Shown here piece by piece: positions 1 to 11,668 of a DNA stretch of 64,000 bases. The position numbers were made by a program, and so were the translations under genes. The first letter of the stretch is position 1. Every line of letters begins with the position of its first letter. The notes under the pieces were generated by a model. The model was not told the DNA's origin, did not search any database, and saw nothing but the letters and a program-made list of their open reading frames with translations. This stretch comes from Clostridia bacterium (GTDB lineage Bacteria; Bacillota; Clostridia; TANB77; CAG-508): positions 22,855 to 86,854 of the forward strand of contig JAFSBT010000002.1 of assembly GCA_017437145.1 (NCBI GenBank), in the 5' to 3' direction.

Positions 1-28
1 GAAAAAATAGGGGAGGTGAAGAAAGAAA

Positions 29-442
29 GTGCCTACAATTAATCAATTAGTAAGAAAAGGTAGAAAAACAACTGCATCAAAAGCTAAAGCTCCAGCATTA
101 TTAAAGGGATTTAACTCAAAATTAAACAGACAAACAAACCATAAATCTCCACAAAAAAGAGGAGTATGTACAGTTGTAAAAACAGTTACACCTAAAAAAC
201 CTAACTCAGCTTTAAGAAAAGTTGCCAGAGTTAGACTTTCAAACGGATATGAAGTTACATCTTATATTCCTGGAATAGGACACAACTTACAAGAACACAG
301 CGTTGTTTTAATAAGAGGTGGAAGGGTAAAAGATATCCCTGGTGTTAGATACCATATTATTAGAGGAACATTAGATACAGCAGGAGTTAAAGACAGAATG
401 CAAGCAAGATCTAAATATGGAGCTAAAAGACCTAAAAAATAA
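29..442 (+). CDS. rpsL: 30S ribosomal protein S12
   Basis: 137-aa [15 protein letters not shown]-terminus and conserved S12 core; GTG start after GGAGG RBS. Confidence 0.95.
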   Translation: MPTINQLVRKGRKTTASKAKAPALLKGFNSKLNRQTNHKSPQKRGVCTVVKTVTPKKPNSALRKVARVRLSNGYEVTSYIPGIGHNLQEHSVVLIRGGRVKDIPGVRYHIIRGTLDTAGVKDRMQARSKYGAKRPKK

Positions 443-655
443 GATTTATGGTCTAAAAAATAGTGCTAAATAAAGAGATATAATAAAAGTTGTGAAGTGA
501 GAAATTTTAATTTCAAACGATAAACTGAAAAAAATATAGATTTATAGCACTGTACGGGAAAGAAAAAACTTTCCAGAGTAACTAATGTATTTTATTTAAA
601 ATACAAAATTAAAGAGTGTAAATATATACACATCTTAGAAAAGGAGTGAAGAATA

Positions 656-1126
656 GTGCCAAGAAGAGGATATATAGCAAAAAGAGATGTTCTAGCAGAT
701 CCTATATATAACAGTAAAGTTGTAACAAAATTAATCAACAATGTTATGTTAGATGGTAAAAAAACAGTTGCTCAAAAAATAGTATATGATGCATTTGATA
801 TCATAAAAGAAAAAGAAGGAAAAGATGCATTAGAAGTTTTTGAAGCAGCATTAAATAATATAATGCCAGTTCTTGAAGTTAAAGCTAGAAGAGTAGGAGG
901 AGCAACATACCAAGTTCCTATCGAAATTAGAGCAGAAAGAAGACAAACATTAGGATTAAGATGGTTAGTAAATTATGCTAGAAACAGACATGAAAAAACA
1001 ATGGCTGAAAAATTAGCCAACGAAATCATCGATGCTTTAAACAGCACAGGTGGTTCATTCAAGAAAAAAGAAGATATGCATAGAATGGCTGAAGCTAACA
1101 AAGCTTTCGCACATTACAAATGGTAA
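656..1126 (+). CDS. rpsG: 30S ribosomal protein S7
   Basis: 156-aa ORF with S7 motifs (PRRG...[20 protein letters not shown]); AAGGAG RBS, GTG start. Confidence 0.95.
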   Translation: MPRRGYIAKRDVLADPIYNSKVVTKLINNVMLDGKKTVAQKIVYDAFDIIKEKEGKDALEVFEAALNNIMPVLEVKARRVGGATYQVPIEIRAERRQTLGLRWLVNYARNRHEKTMAEKLANEIIDALNSTGGSFKKKEDMHRMAEANKAFAHYKW

Positions 1127-1129
1127 AAT

Positions 1130-1245
1130 TTTTATGAAAAACTTCGTCTTGCGTTGTTATTTTAAATACAAAAAATGCTCAATGTACCTTTGTACATCTC
1201 CGCTTTTTTGATTTAAAATGCCTAGCAATACTTGTTTTTGATAAA
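1130..1245. repeat. AAACGAA...TTCGTTT MITE-like element (copy lacking extreme ends), immediately 3' of rpsG stop
   Basis: About 95% identical to 27719-27840 over about 110 bp. Confidence 0.75.
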
Positions 1246-1262
1246 AATTTGAATTGAAAAGT

Positions 1263-1290
1263 GTAGGGGCGACCATTGATCGTCCGCAAA
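1263..1290. repeat. TGTAGGGG-family GC-rich palindromic element (half copy)
   Basis: tgtaggggcgaccattgatcgtccgc. Confidence 0.7.
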
Positions 1291-1323
1291 TGAAGAAAAA
1301 TAAAAAATAGAGAGGAGAAAATT

Positions 1324-3408
1324 ATGGCAGGTAGAGCATTTCCGTTAGAAAGAACAAGGAATATAGGAATAATGGCTCACATCGATGCAGGAAAAACAAC
1401 TACTACAGAGAGAATTCTTTTCTATACAGGTGTTAACCACAAAATAGGTGAAACTCACGAAGGTGAAGCAACAATGGACTGGATGGCACAAGAGCAAGAA
1501 AGAGGTATAACAATTACTTCTGCTGCAACAACATGTCAATGGTTAAACCATAGAATAAACATCATCGATACTCCTGGTCACGTTGACTTTACAGTTGAAG
1601 TTGAAAGATCTTTAAGAGTATTAGATGGTTCTGTTACAGTATTTTGTGCAAAAGGTGGAGTTCAACCTCAATCAGAAACTGTTTGGAGACAAGCAGATAA
1701 ATATGGTGTTCCAAGAATGGCATATGTAAATAAAATGGATACTACAGGAGCAGATTTCTTTGCTTGTGTAAACCAAATGAGAGATAGATTAAATGCAAAT
1801 GCAATTCCAGTAGAAATACCAGTAGGAGCTGAAGATACTTTTGCAGGAATAGTTGATTTGATAAAAATGAAAGCATTCATCCATAAAGATGATTTAGGAA
1901 AAGTTATTGAAGAAACAGATATTCCAGCAGAATTAATTGAAACAGCAGAAAAATATAGAAGTGAAATGATAGAAGCAGCTGCAGAACAAGATGATGAATT
2001 AATGATGAAATATCTTGATGAAGGAGAATTGTCAGAAGAAGAAATCAAAAAAGGTTTAAGACTAGGAACATTAGCTAACAAAATAGTTCCAGTTTGCTGT
2101 GGTTCATCATATAAAAACAAAGGTGTTCAAGAATTATTAAACTACATTGTAGAATTCATGCCATCACCATTAGATATACCAGATATAAAAGGTATTACAT
2201 TAGATGGAGAAGAAACAGAAAGAAAAACTTCTGATACAGAACCTTTCGCAGCTTTAGCATTTAAAATTGCAACAGACCCATTCGTTGGAAAATTATGTTT
2301 CTTTAGAGTATATTCAGGAACATTAGAATCAGGTTCAACAGTATTAAATGCTAACAAAGATAAAAAAGAAAGAATCGGAAGAATTCTTCAAATGCATGCT
2401 AACCACAGAGAAGATATAGACAAAGTTTATGCTGGAGATATTGCAGCAGCAGTTGGATTAAAAGAAGTTACAACAGGAGATACATTATGCGACATTCAAC
2501 ATCCAGTTATATTAGAATCTATGGAATTCCCAGAGCCAGTTATCGAAATAGCTATTGAGCCAAAAGATAAAGTAGCTCAAGAAAAAATGGGTATAGCACT
2601 TGCAAAATTAGCAGAAGAAGATCCAACATTCAAAACATATACAAACCATGAAACAGGTCAAACTATCATTGCAGGTATGGGAGAATTACACTTAGATATC
2701 ATCGTAGATAGATTAAAAAGAGAATTCAAAGTAGAATGTAATGTAGGTAAACCACAAGTTTCTTACAAAGAAACAATCAGAAACAAAGTAAGAGTTGAAG
2801 GAAAATTCATCCGTCAATCTGGTGGACGTGGACAATACGGACACGTATGGCTAGAAATGGAACCATTAGAGCCAGGTACAGGAATTCAATTCGAAAGCAA
2901 AATCGTTGGTGGTGTTGTTCCTAAAGAATACGTTAAACCAACAGAAGAAGGAATTCGTGAAGCTGCTGAAAGTGGTATCTTAGCTGGATATCCAGTTATA
3001 GACTTCAAAGCAACTTTAGTAGATGGTTCTTACCATGATGTTGACTCTTCTGAAATGGCGTTCAAAATTGCTGGTTCAATGGCATTCAAAGAAGGATGTA
3101 GACAAGGTAAAGCAGTAATTCTAGAACCTATTATGAAAGTTGAAGTAACAGTTCCTGAAGAATATATGGGAGATGTTATAGGAGACGTTAACTCAAGACG
3201 TGGAAGAATGGAAGGAATGGAAGCTAGAAGTGGAATGCAAATAATAAGAGCATTCATCCCATTATCAGACATGTTTGGTTATGCAACAGACTTACGTTCA
3301 AAAACACAAGGTAGAGGAACATATTCTATGGAACCAAGCCATTATGAAGAAGTTCCTAAATCTGTACTTGAAAAGATAGTAGCAGCTAGAACAAAGAAAG
3401 AAGACTAA
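1324..3408 (+). CDS. fusA: elongation factor G
   Basis: 694 aa, GTPase motifs [21 protein letters not shown]; str-operon context. Confidence 0.97.
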   Translation: MAGRAFPLERTRNIGIMAHIDAGKTTTTERILFYTGVNHKIGETHEGEATMDWMAQEQERGITITSAATTCQWLNHRINIIDTPGHVDFTVEVERSLRVLDGSVTVFCAKGGVQPQSETVWRQADKYGVPRMAYVNKMDTTGADFFACVNQMRDRLNANAIPVEIPVGAEDTFAGIVDLIKMKAFIHKDDLGKVIEETDIPAELIETAEKYRSEMIEAAAEQDDELMMKYLDEGELSEEEIKKGLRLGTLANKIVPVCCGSSYKNKGVQELLNYIVEFMPSPLDIPDIKGITLDGEETERKTSDTEPFAALAFKIATDPFVGKLCFFRVYSGTLESGSTVLNANKDKKERIGRILQMHANHREDIDKVYAGDIAAAVGLKEVTTGDTLCDIQHPVILESMEFPEPVIEIAIEPKDKVAQEKMGIALAKLAEEDPTFKTYTNHETGQTIIAGMGELHLDIIVDRLKREFKVECNVGKPQVSYKETIRNKVRVEGKFIRQSGGRGQYGHVWLEMEPLEPGTGIQFESKIVGGVVPKEYVKPTEEGIREAAESGILAGYPVIDFKATLVDGSYHDVDSSEMAFKIAGSMAFKEGCRQGKAVILEPIMKVEVTVPEEYMGDVIGDVNSRRGRMEGMEARSGMQIIRAFIPLSDMFGYATDLRSKTQGRGTYSMEPSHYEEVPKSVLEKIVAARTKKED

Positions 3409-3414
3409 ATTTAA

Positions 3415-3536
3415 AAACGAATGAAATTGCGCATCTTGCGTTGTCAAACATCATAAAAATTTTTTCGATATACACACGTATAATCTCAAAAATTTTTACT
3501 CGTTTTCCTAGCAATATACACAATTTGCTTCGTTTT
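3415..3536. repeat. AAACGAA...TTCGTTT MITE-like element, 3' of fusA stop
   Basis: aaacgaatgaaattgcgcatcttgcgttgtcaaaca...ttactcgttttcc...gcttcgtttt; about 85% identical to 27237-27358. Confidence 0.75.
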
Positions 3537-3554
3537 AGGATAAAATCAAAGAAA

Positions 3555-3580
3555 TGTAGGGGCGGGTCCTGTGTCCGCCC
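3555..3580. repeat. TGTAGGGG-family element (half copy)
   Basis: tgtaggggcgggtcctgtgtccgccc, stem GGGCGG/CCGCCC. Confidence 0.7.
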
Positions 3581-3616
3581 AACAATACCATTTCGAAATT
3601 AAAAACAAAAAAGGTA

Positions 3617-3645
3617 TTGCAAAAAAATGCCAAATGTTATAAAAT
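3617..3645 (+). promoter_or_regulatory. sigma-A-type promoter for tuf
   Basis: TTGCAA-17 nt-TAAAAT about 110 nt upstream of tuf. Confidence 0.5.
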
Positions 3646-3756
3646 ACATTTGCTTAAAAAATTTTGTTATTAAATTTTTAAAATATAAAAGCGAAGTAAA
3701 TTCACTTTAAAAGTGAAAAGTACAAGTTGCTTCGTAATTTAAAGGAGGAATATTAA

Positions 3757-4959
3757 ATGGCAAAAGAGAAGTTCGAAAGAACAAAACCGCACGTTAATAT
3801 CGGTACAATCGGTCACGTTGACCACGGAAAAACAACAACAACAGCAGCTATAACAAAATGGTTAGGATTATTAGGAAAGGCTCAATTCGCAGCATATGAT
3901 CAAATCGACGGTGCTCCAGAAGAAAAAGCAAGAGGAATCACAATTAACACAGCACACGTTGAATATGAAACAGAAAATAGACACTATGCACACGTTGACT
4001 GTCCTGGACACGCTGACTACGTTAAAAACATGATTACAGGTGCAGCTCAAATGGACGGAGCTATATTAGTTGTTTCTGCAGCTGATGGTCCAATGCCTCA
4101 AACAAGAGAGCATATACTACTTGCAAGACAAGTTGGTGTTAAATATATCGTTGTTTACATGAACAAATGTGATATGGTTGACGACCCAGAATTATTAGAA
4201 TTAGTTGAAATGGAAGTTAGAGACTTATTATCTAGCTACGAATTCCCAGGAGACGAAATTCCAATCGTTAAAGGTTCTTCATTAAAAGTATTAGAAAGTT
4301 CAGCAACAGATCCAAATGCAGCTGAATATGCTTGTATGAAAGAATTAATGGATGCGGTAGATTCATATATACCAACTCCAGACAGACCAACAGATGGTGA
4401 CTTCTTAATGCCAGTAGAAGACGTATTCTCTATAACAGGTAGAGGAACAGTTGCTACAGGTAGAGTTGAAAGAGGAATTGTTAAAGTTTCAGACGAAGTT
4501 GAAATAGTTGGATTAGCAACAGAAGCTAAGAAAACAGTTGTAACAGGTGTTGAAATGTTCAGAAAATTATTAGACCAAGCAGAAGCTGGAGATAACATAG
4601 GAGTTCTTTTAAGAGGAATCCAAAGAACAGAAATCGAAAGAGGTCAAGTATTAGCTAAACCAGGTTCAATCAAACCTCATACAAAATTCAAAGCAGAAGT
4701 TTACGTTCTAACAAAAGAAGAAGGTGGACGTCATACACCATTCTTCAATGGATATAGACCACAATTCTATTTCAGAACAACAGACGTTACAGGATTAATT
4801 GATTTACCAGAAGGAACAGAAATGGTAATGCCAGGAGATAACATCACAATGACAATCGAATTAATCACACCAATCGCTATGGAAAAAGGATTAAGATTCG
4901 CTATCCGTGAAGGTGGAAGAACAGTTGGTTCTGGTATAGTTTCAGATATAATTGAATAA
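3757..4959 (+). CDS. tuf: elongation factor Tu
   Basis: 400 aa, [21 protein letters not shown] motifs; strong RBS AAAGGAGG. Confidence 0.97.
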   Translation: MAKEKFERTKPHVNIGTIGHVDHGKTTTTAAITKWLGLLGKAQFAAYDQIDGAPEEKARGITINTAHVEYETENRHYAHVDCPGHADYVKNMITGAAQMDGAILVVSAADGPMPQTREHILLARQVGVKYIVVYMNKCDMVDDPELLELVEMEVRDLLSSYEFPGDEIPIVKGSSLKVLESSATDPNAAEYACMKELMDAVDSYIPTPDRPTDGDFLMPVEDVFSITGRGTVATGRVERGIVKVSDEVEIVGLATEAKKTVVTGVEMFRKLLDQAEAGDNIGVLLRGIQRTEIERGQVLAKPGSIKPHTKFKAEVYVLTKEEGGRHTPFFNGYRPQFYFRTTDVTGLIDLPEGTEMVMPGDNITMTIELITPIAMEKGLRFAIREGGRTVGSGIVSDIIE

Positions 4960-4978
4960 TATTTATAAATTATAAAAA

Positions 4979-5010
4979 ATTAGAGGCAATTTATTGTCTC
5001 TAATTTTTTA
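4979..5010 (+). terminator. rho-independent terminator after tuf
   Basis: attagaggcaa-ttta-ttgtctctaat + T run. Confidence 0.7.
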
Positions 5011-5041
5011 TAATTTATATAGATGAATTGATTGCAAATGT

Positions 5042-5072
5042 TGTAGGGGCGAACTGTGTTCGCCAGTCTTCA
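5042..5072. repeat. TGTAGGGG-family element (half copy)
   Basis: tgtaggggcgaactgtgttcgcc + agtcttcag tail. Confidence 0.7.
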
Positions 5073-5226
5073 GAAAATAGGTGATAAAAAATCGCTCCTA
5101 CAAACACCCAACTACCAAATTCAAAAATCCAAACACAAAAATAACCAATTTACTATTGCTTTTTTTCCAATAAAATAATAAAATAAGTAAATAGAAAATA
5201 TATTATAGATAAGGAAGGATTTTTAC

Positions 5227-6246
5227 ATGAGAATTTTATTAGATGCTATGGGTGGAGATAATGCACCTGATGCAAATATAAAAGGTGCTGTAAAAGCAAT
5301 AAACGAAATCAAATCAGAAATTGTTTTAATTGGTAAAGAAGAAGTAATAAAAAATAGAATAAAAGAATTATATAATAAAGATGATATAAAAGAAATATCA
5401 GAAAGATTAAGCATAATTAATGCTACGGAAACAATCGAAATGGAAGATATACCTACACATGCTATAAAACATAAAAAGGATTCTTCAATGGTAGTTGGAT
5501 TTAAGTCATTAAAAGAAGGAAATGGAGATGTTTTTATTTCTGCTGGAAATTCAGGTGCACTTTTAACTGGTGCAACATTATTAGTAGGTAGAATAAAAGG
5601 TATTGATAGACCAGCACTTGCACCAATGTTACCCGCATATAAAAAAGGAGTAATGCTTGTTGATGCAGGAGCAAACACAAATTGTAAACCAATTAATTTA
5701 TTACAATTTGCGCAAATGGCTAATATATACCTTAAGAATATTTATAAAATGGAAAAACCAGTTATAGGATTATTGAATATTGGTACAGAAGAAACAAAAG
5801 GTAATGAATTAATGAAAGAAAGTTACCAATTATTAAAAGAAAATGCTAAAAAATATGATATAAACTTTATTGGAAATGTAGAAGGAAGAGAAGCACTTTC
5901 AGGAGAAATTGATGCTGTAGTTACTGATGGGTTTACAGGAAATATATTCTTAAAAACTGTTGAAGGTGTAGGAAAACTTGTAAAAAGAACATTAACAGAA
6001 AGTTTAAAAAGAAATTTATGGACTACACTATGTGCAGTTCCAGCATTACCATCAATAAAAAGATTTAGTAAAACCATGGATTATAAAGAATATGGTGGAG
6101 CATTATTTTTAGGAGTTAAAAAACCTGTAGTAAAAGCACATGGAAGTAGTGACGAATATTTATTTTACTGTACAATAAAACAAGCAGAAAAGTTTGCAGA
6201 AAGTAAAGCAGTGGATTTAATGATAAAAGAATTTGAAAAAATATAA
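5227..6246 (+). CDS. plsX: phosphate acyltransferase PlsX
   Basis: 339 aa, MRILLDAMGGDNAP N-terminus typical of PlsX; followed by acpP. Confidence 0.9.
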   Translation: MRILLDAMGGDNAPDANIKGAVKAINEIKSEIVLIGKEEVIKNRIKELYNKDDIKEISERLSIINATETIEMEDIPTHAIKHKKDSSMVVGFKSLKEGNGDVFISAGNSGALLTGATLLVGRIKGIDRPALAPMLPAYKKGVMLVDAGANTNCKPINLLQFAQMANIYLKNIYKMEKPVIGLLNIGTEETKGNELMKESYQLLKENAKKYDINFIGNVEGREALSGEIDAVVTDGFTGNIFLKTVEGVGKLVKRTLTESLKRNLWTTLCAVPALPSIKRFSKTMDYKEYGGALFLGVKKPVVKAHGSSDEYLFYCTIKQAEKFAESKAVDLMIKEFEKI

Positions 6247-6333
6247 AAAAAAGTATTGACAATAGTTTAATAACCATATAAGATTCTAAGTAGCAAATGT
6301 GACAAACATTTTTAAGGAGGTGTAAGAAAACCT

Positions 6334-6573
6334 ATGAGTTCAGAAGATATTTTTGAAAAAGTAAAAGAAATCATAATAGAACAATTAGGCGTAGCTGAAG
6401 CAGCTGTAACATTAGAAGCATCTTTCATAGATGATTTAGGAGCTGATTCATTAGACATAGTTGAATTGATAATGGCTTTAGAAGAAGAATTCGATTTAGA
6501 AATACCAGACGCAGATGCAGAAAAAGTTGTATCAGTTGGTGACGTAGTTGACTACATAAAAGAAAATATATAG
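6334..6573 (+). CDS. acpP: acyl carrier protein
   Basis: 79 aa acidic protein with LGADSLD phosphopantetheine-attachment motif. Confidence 0.9.
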   Translation: MSSEDIFEKVKEIIIEQLGVAEAAVTLEASFIDDLGADSLDIVELIMALEEEFDLEIPDADAEKVVSVGDVVDYIKENI

Positions 6574-6589
6574 ATTGAATATATAAAAA

Positions 6590-6617
6590 AAGAAAGGTAT
6601 AACCTTTCTTTTTTTGT
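6590..6617 (+). terminator. rho-independent terminator after acpP
   Basis: gaaaggt-ata-acctttc + T8. Confidence 0.7.
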
Positions 6618-6653
6618 AGTTTAATAACATAGTGTGAAATTAATTGCAGACGT

Positions 6654-6687
6654 TGTAGGGGCGATTTTAATCGCCCGCGCTTCAAAG
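6654..6687. repeat. TGTAGGGG-family element (half copy)
   Basis: tgtaggggcgattttaatcgcccgcgcttcaaag. Confidence 0.7.
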
Positions 6688-6719
6688 AAAATGCTATATT
6701 TTAATGATATGTATAATTT

Positions 6720-6901
6720 AAGCTAAAATATTAATTTTTGAAAATAAGTACCATTTGTCAAAAATTAATTATTTTAGCTTTTTAAAATTTAATTAAAAAT
6801 ATAATATTTTTAATTAAATCGATGAAATGCGAGTGTTATTTAAATTTTTCTACCCGATGATTTTGAAAAATCCAACTACCAAATTCTAAATTCCAAACTC
6901 C
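6720..6901. repeat. composite AT-rich intergenic element (AAGCTAAAATATTAATTTTTGA hairpin family)
   Basis: 62-bp perfect hairpin + second palindrome + CCAACTACCAAATTC tail; homologous to 11124 and 30281 copies. Confidence 0.7.
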
Positions 6902-7016
6902 ATTTGTCGAAAAAGATTGAAATATAGGCTTTTTTTGCATACGATTTAACTTGCTTTTTGGTATATATGTATAGTATAGTTGTAAAGTATGAAAAAACGA
7001 AAGAGGAGGAAAAATT

Positions 7017-7358
7017 TTGGAGGCTTCAAGGACTTATCATGGTGGAACTTTTTTAGGATGGGATGACTTACAAGAAGCAAAAATAAACCATAGAGTAGAG
7101 CTAGAATATTACCAAACAAAAAATGATATCAATAATATTTTAAATGAAGATACTACAAAATACGGAATAGAAGTATTAAAAAAAGAATATGAAAAAGATA
7201 GAATATATATTGAAAGCAATAATATAAAAAATGTATGTGATAGTTCAAAAAAAGTTATAGAAATAATAAATGTACTAAAGAAAAACAAAGTAACGCCAGT
7301 AGGATTACAAGATGTGTTAGATGATTTATTAACACAACAAAGAATGCATTTGGATTAA
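7017..7358 (+). CDS. hypothetical protein (113 aa)
   Basis: ORF with AGGAGGA RBS and TTG start; no recognisable family. Confidence 0.4.
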   Translation: MEASRTYHGGTFLGWDDLQEAKINHRVELEYYQTKNDINNILNEDTTKYGIEVLKKEYEKDRIYIESNNIKNVCDSSKKVIEIINVLKKNKVTPVGLQDVLDDLLTQQRMHLD

Positions 7359-7390
7359 ATCCAAATGTTATTTTTTTATTTGCTATCTAT

Positions 7391-7418
7391 TTACATGAAT
7401 TTGCATTTAGTATATAAT
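7391..7418 (+). promoter_or_regulatory. candidate promoter for glyA
   Basis: TTACAT-16 nt-TATAAT. Confidence 0.35.
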
Positions 7419-7450
7419 GCCTTTAAAAGTAAAATGAGGGGAGTGATTTT

Positions 7451-8686
7451 ATGCCTACCTTTGAGAATTTAAAAAAACAAGACAAACAAGTATATGAAAC
7501 TATAGAAAAAGAATTAGAAAGACAAAGAAATAAAATAGAGTTAATTGCTTCAGAAAATGTTGTAAGTGATAGCGTAATGGAAGCAATGGGTAGTTATATG
7601 ACAAATAAATATGCAGAAGGTTATCCAATGCATAGATATTATGGAGGATGCGAGTGTGTAGATGTCGTTGAAGACATTGCACGTGATAGATTAAAAGAAA
7701 TTTTTAGAGCAGAATATGCAAATGTACAACCTCATTCAGGAGCTCAAGCAAATATGGCAGTATATTTTGCAATATTAGAACCAGGAGATACAGTACTTGG
7801 AATGAATTTATCTCATGGTGGACATTTATCACATGGAAGTAAAGTTAATTTTTCAGGGAAATTATATAATTTCATACCTTATGGAGTAGACGAAAAAACA
7901 GGTAGAATAGATTATGATGAAGTAGAAAGATTAGCAATAGAAAATAAACCAAAACTAATTTTAGCAGGAGCTAGTGCATATCCAAGAGAAGTAGATTTTA
8001 AAAGATTTAGAGAAATAGCTGATAAGACAGGAAGTTTATTTATGGTAGATATGGCTCATATTGCTGGATTAGTTGCAGCAGGATTACATCAAAATCCAGT
8101 AGAATATGCTGATTTTGTAACAAGTACAACGCATAAAACATTAAGAGGACCAAGAGGTGGAATAATATTATGCAAAGAAGAATATGGTAAAGCAATAGAT
8201 AAAGCAGTTTTTCCAGGAATACAAGGTGGTCCATTAATGCATGTGATCGCATCAAAAGCAGTATGTTTTGGAGAAGCATTAAAACCTGAATTTAAAGAAT
8301 ATCAAGCACAAGTAATAAAAAATGCAAAAGTATTAGCTGAGGAATTAGTTAAATTAGGATTTAATTTAGTATCAGGAGGAACAGACAATCATTTAATTTT
8401 AGTAGATTTAAGAAACAAAGGAATAACAGGAAAAGAATTAGAAGAAAGATTAGATGAAATAGGAATAACACTTAATAAAAATTCAGTACCATTTGACACA
8501 GAAAAACCTACTATAACTAGTGGAGTAAGAATTGGAACACCAGCAGTTACAACAAGAGGATTTAAAGAACAAGAAATGGTAAAAATAGCAAAACTTATAA
8601 ACATGACAGTAGAAAAATATGAAGACAAGAAAGAAGAAATAAAAGCAGAAGTAGCAAAATTGTGCGCACAATTTCCATTATATTAA
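7451..8686 (+). CDS. glyA: serine hydroxymethyltransferase
   Basis: 411 aa, SHMT motifs ([27 protein letters not shown]). Confidence 0.95.
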   Translation: MPTFENLKKQDKQVYETIEKELERQRNKIELIASENVVSDSVMEAMGSYMTNKYAEGYPMHRYYGGCECVDVVEDIARDRLKEIFRAEYANVQPHSGAQANMAVYFAILEPGDTVLGMNLSHGGHLSHGSKVNFSGKLYNFIPYGVDEKTGRIDYDEVERLAIENKPKLILAGASAYPREVDFKRFREIADKTGSLFMVDMAHIAGLVAAGLHQNPVEYADFVTSTTHKTLRGPRGGIILCKEEYGKAIDKAVFPGIQGGPLMHVIASKAVCFGEALKPEFKEYQAQVIKNAKVLAEELVKLGFNLVSGGTDNHLILVDLRNKGITGKELEERLDEIGITLNKNSVPFDTEKPTITSGVRIGTPAVTTRGFKEQEMVKIAKLINMTVEKYEDKKEEIKAEVAKLCAQFPLY

Positions 8687-8737
8687 TTATATTTAAAAAA
8701 TATATATGTATAATTAGAATAAAAAATAGCAAAGAAA

Positions 8738-8767
8738 TGTAGGGGGTGAACTGTGTTCGCCCGCAAA
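8738..8767. repeat. TGTAGGGG-family element (half copy)
   Basis: tgtagggggtgaactgtgttcgcccgcaa. Confidence 0.7.
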
Positions 8768-8881
8768 TATAATAAAAAGTAAAGAAACAAAAAAGGAGGA
8801 GGCAGGAATCAAAAACAAGCAGGACTAGGCAAACAAATAAAAATTTTTGAGATTGTACATAGGTACATCGATAAAATTTTT

Positions 8882-10927
8882 ATGCAGTTTAACGACGTAA
8901 TGCGAAGTTTTTCATTACTGCCTGTAGTAAATATGAGTGATAGATTGGTTATAGTCGAATCTCCGGCTAAAGCAAACACAATAAAAAAATTCTTAGGAGG
9001 AAATACAAAAGTAGTTGCATCAATGGGGCATATAAGAGATCTTCCTAAATCAAAATTAGGAGTAGATACAAAAACTTTTGAACCAGAATATATAAACATC
9101 AGAGGAAAGGGAGATTTAATAAAATCTTTAAAAAAAGAAGCAAAAGCAGCAAAAAAAGTATATATCGCAACTGACCCTGACCGTGAGGGAGAAGCAATAG
9201 CATGGCATTTAGCAACAATTCTAGGTGTAGAAAAAAGCAAAATGTACAGAGTAACTTTTAATGAAATAACAAAAGATGCTGTAAAAAAAGCCATACAAAA
9301 TCCAAGAGAAATCGATATGGATTTAACAGATGCACAACAAGCAAGACGTGTTTTAGATAGAATAGTTGGTTATAAAATAAGTCCTGTGTTATGGAAAAAA
9401 GTTCAAAAAGGTTTATCAGCAGGTAGAGTGCAATCAGTTGCTGTAAAATTGATAGTAGATAGAGAGGAAGAAATTGAAAAATTTATTCCAGAAGAATATT
9501 GGAATATATATGCTACTCTTGCAACTAAAAAGCCTAAAAAGAGTTTCGAAGCTAAATTCTATGGAAAAAATAATGAAAAATTAGAAATACATTCTAAAGA
9601 AGAAGTAGACAAAATTTTAAAAGATTTAGAGAATGCAAAATATATAGTAAATGAAATAAAAAGAGGAGAAAAGAAAAGAAACCCAGCACCACCATTTACT
9701 ACAAGTACAATGCAACAAGAAGCTTCAAGAAAATTAAACTTTGCACTTAGGAAAACTATGCAAGTTGCACAAGGTCTATATGAGGGTGTAAAAATACCAT
9801 CAAAAGGAACTGTAGGTTTAATTACATATATGAGAACTGACTCTACAAGAATTTCAGAAGAAGCAAGAGCTGCAGCTAAGGTTCATATAGAAGGTACATA
9901 TGGAACAGAGTATTATGAAAACAGATATTATAAAACAAAGAATGACGCGCAAGATGCGCACGAAGCAATAAGACCAACATATGTAGATTTAACTCCAGAT
10001 GAAATAAAAGATAGTTTAACAACAGATCAATATAAACTATATAAATTAATATATAATAGATTTATTGCAAGTCAAATGTCAGCAGCAATTTTTGATACTT
10101 TATCAGTAAAAATAAATGCTAATGAATATAATTTTAAAGCAAATGGACAAACAGTTAAATTTAAAGGCTTTATGAAAGTATATGTAGAGACAGAAGATAA
10201 TGCCCAAAAAGAAGAATTTGAAAACATACCTGATTTAAAAGAAAAACAAGAATTACAAAAGGAAAAAATAGAATCTAAACAAAGCTTTACAGAACCACCA
10301 CCAAGATATACAGAAGCAAGTTTAGTAAAAGCATTAGAAGAAAAAGGCATAGGAAGACCTAGTACATATTCACCAACAATAACAACAATTTTAGCAAGAA
10401 GATATATAGAAAAAGTACAAAAACAATTACATCCTACAGAATTAGGAAAAATAGTAAATAAATTATTAATTGAAAACTTTAGTGATGTAATAAATGTAGA
10501 ATTTACAGCACAAATGGAAGAAAAATTTGACCAAATAGCAGAAGGAAAAGAAATGTGGAAAAAGGTAATTGAAGAATTTTATGGTCCATTTGAAAAGGTT
10601 GTAGAAAAAGTTGAAAAAGAATTAGAACATGTACAATTAGAGTATGAAGAATCAGATGTGCCATGTGAAAAATGTGGTAGAATGATGGTTATAAAATATG
10701 GAAAATACGGAAAATTCTTAGCATGTCCAGGATATCCAGAATGTCAAAATGCAAAACCATATATAGAAACAATAGAAGAAGTATGTCCCAAATGTGGTGG
10801 GGCAGTACAAATAAGAAAAACTAAAAAAAGAAGAACTTATTATATATGTGAAAATAATCCAAACAATGGATGTGAGTATATATCATGGACAAAACCAGGA
10901 AAAGAGCGCCAGGACGAGAGGTCATAA
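8882..10927 (+). CDS. topA: DNA topoisomerase I
   Basis: 681 aa; TOPRIM LVIVESPAKA, catalytic region, C-terminal Cys4 zinc ribbons; true start may be ATG at 8933. Confidence 0.9.
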   Translation: MQFNDVMRSFSLLPVVNMSDRLVIVESPAKANTIKKFLGGNTKVVASMGHIRDLPKSKLGVDTKTFEPEYINIRGKGDLIKSLKKEAKAAKKVYIATDPDREGEAIAWHLATILGVEKSKMYRVTFNEITKDAVKKAIQNPREIDMDLTDAQQARRVLDRIVGYKISPVLWKKVQKGLSAGRVQSVAVKLIVDREEEIEKFIPEEYWNIYATLATKKPKKSFEAKFYGKNNEKLEIHSKEEVDKILKDLENAKYIVNEIKRGEKKRNPAPPFTTSTMQQEASRKLNFALRKTMQVAQGLYEGVKIPSKGTVGLITYMRTDSTRISEEARAAAKVHIEGTYGTEYYENRYYKTKNDAQDAHEAIRPTYVDLTPDEIKDSLTTDQYKLYKLIYNRFIASQMSAAIFDTLSVKINANEYNFKANGQTVKFKGFMKVYVETEDNAQKEEFENIPDLKEKQELQKEKIESKQSFTEPPPRYTEASLVKALEEKGIGRPSTYSPTITTILARRYIEKVQKQLHPTELGKIVNKLLIENFSDVINVEFTAQMEEKFDQIAEGKEMWKKVIEEFYGPFEKVVEKVEKELEHVQLEYEESDVPCEKCGRMMVIKYGKYGKFLACPGYPECQNAKPYIETIEEVCPKCGGAVQIRKTKKRRTYYICENNPNNGCEYISWTKPGKERQDERS

Positions 10928-11003
10928 AATGTAATTTTTAATGGCATTTTTGCCTCCGTCCAAGCGATACTGTTCAATATCTAACTAAAATTTGTAGATT
11001 AAA

Positions 11004-11083
11004 TGTAGGGGCGACCATCGATTAGCTGTGCGAAATGAAATGAGCTACAGATAATACATGCCCTTGGGGTATTGGTCGTCCGT
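11004..11083. repeat. TGTAGGGG-family element, long composite form (about 80 bp)
   Basis: Near-identical to copy at 35721-35800; internal nested palindromes. Confidence 0.75.
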
Positions 11084-11123
11084 ACTTCGTAGACATAGCT
11101 ATATATTCTAATTTATATAAACT

Positions 11124-11263
11124 AAGCTAAAATATTAATTTTTGAAAATGAATGCTCATTTGTCAAAAATTAATTATTTTAGCTTTTTAAAATTTGACAG
11201 AAAATTTTAAATTTTCTGTCAAATCAAAATGCTGATTGGATTATTCTAATTTGGAATCCGATT
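11124..11263. repeat. composite AT-rich intergenic element, copy 2
   Basis: First 80 bp near-identical to copy 3; second palindrome tttgacagaaaatt/aattttctgtcaaa. Confidence 0.7.
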
Positions 11264-11406
11264 TCTTATTTAATAGTACTTTTCAAATAATTAATGAAAT
11301 AATAAAAAAAAATGTCGAAAAACTTTGTCAAAAAAGCTATTGACAAAAGCCTGAAGTTCTTAATATAATATTTTCGTAAAATGCATAGTTTAAAAGAGGT
11401 GATTTT

Positions 11407-11667
11407 ATGACTAATCAAGAAAAAAACAACAAACTTTTTGAAGAATATAAAAAGAAAACATATGAAGAATTAGATGAGTTAGAATCAAAATCTGATATAA
11501 CATATAATGACTATGTTATACTTTGCATTGCAAGAGGAGTTAAACAAATAGAAGATGGAATTCCTGGGATACCAGCAGACGAAGTTTTTAGCGAATTATT
11601 AGGAGATTATAACGATAGAGCAAATAATACTTTTACAACCAGCAAAAATCGACTTAATAAATATTAA
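11407..11667 (+). CDS. small protein, putative antitoxin partner of downstream RelE/ParE-like ORF
   Basis: 86-aa ORF directly abutting toxin-like ORF; no family recognised. Confidence 0.35.
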   Translation: MTNQEKNNKLFEEYKKKTYEELDELESKSDITYNDYVILCIARGVKQIEDGIPGIPADEVFSELLGDYNDRANNTFTTSKNRLNKY

Positions 11668-11668
11668 A

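Noticed and set aside
1345-4598. Antisense ORFs within fusA and tuf (1345-1539, 1668-2120, 2142-2357, 3030-3272, 4236-4598)
   Set aside because: These are shadow ORFs of highly expressed conserved genes, with Ser/Phe-rich low-complexity sequence.
5223-5678. Minus-strand 151-aa ORF overlapping plsX
   Set aside because: This is a shadow ORF. plsX on the plus strand has clear homology.
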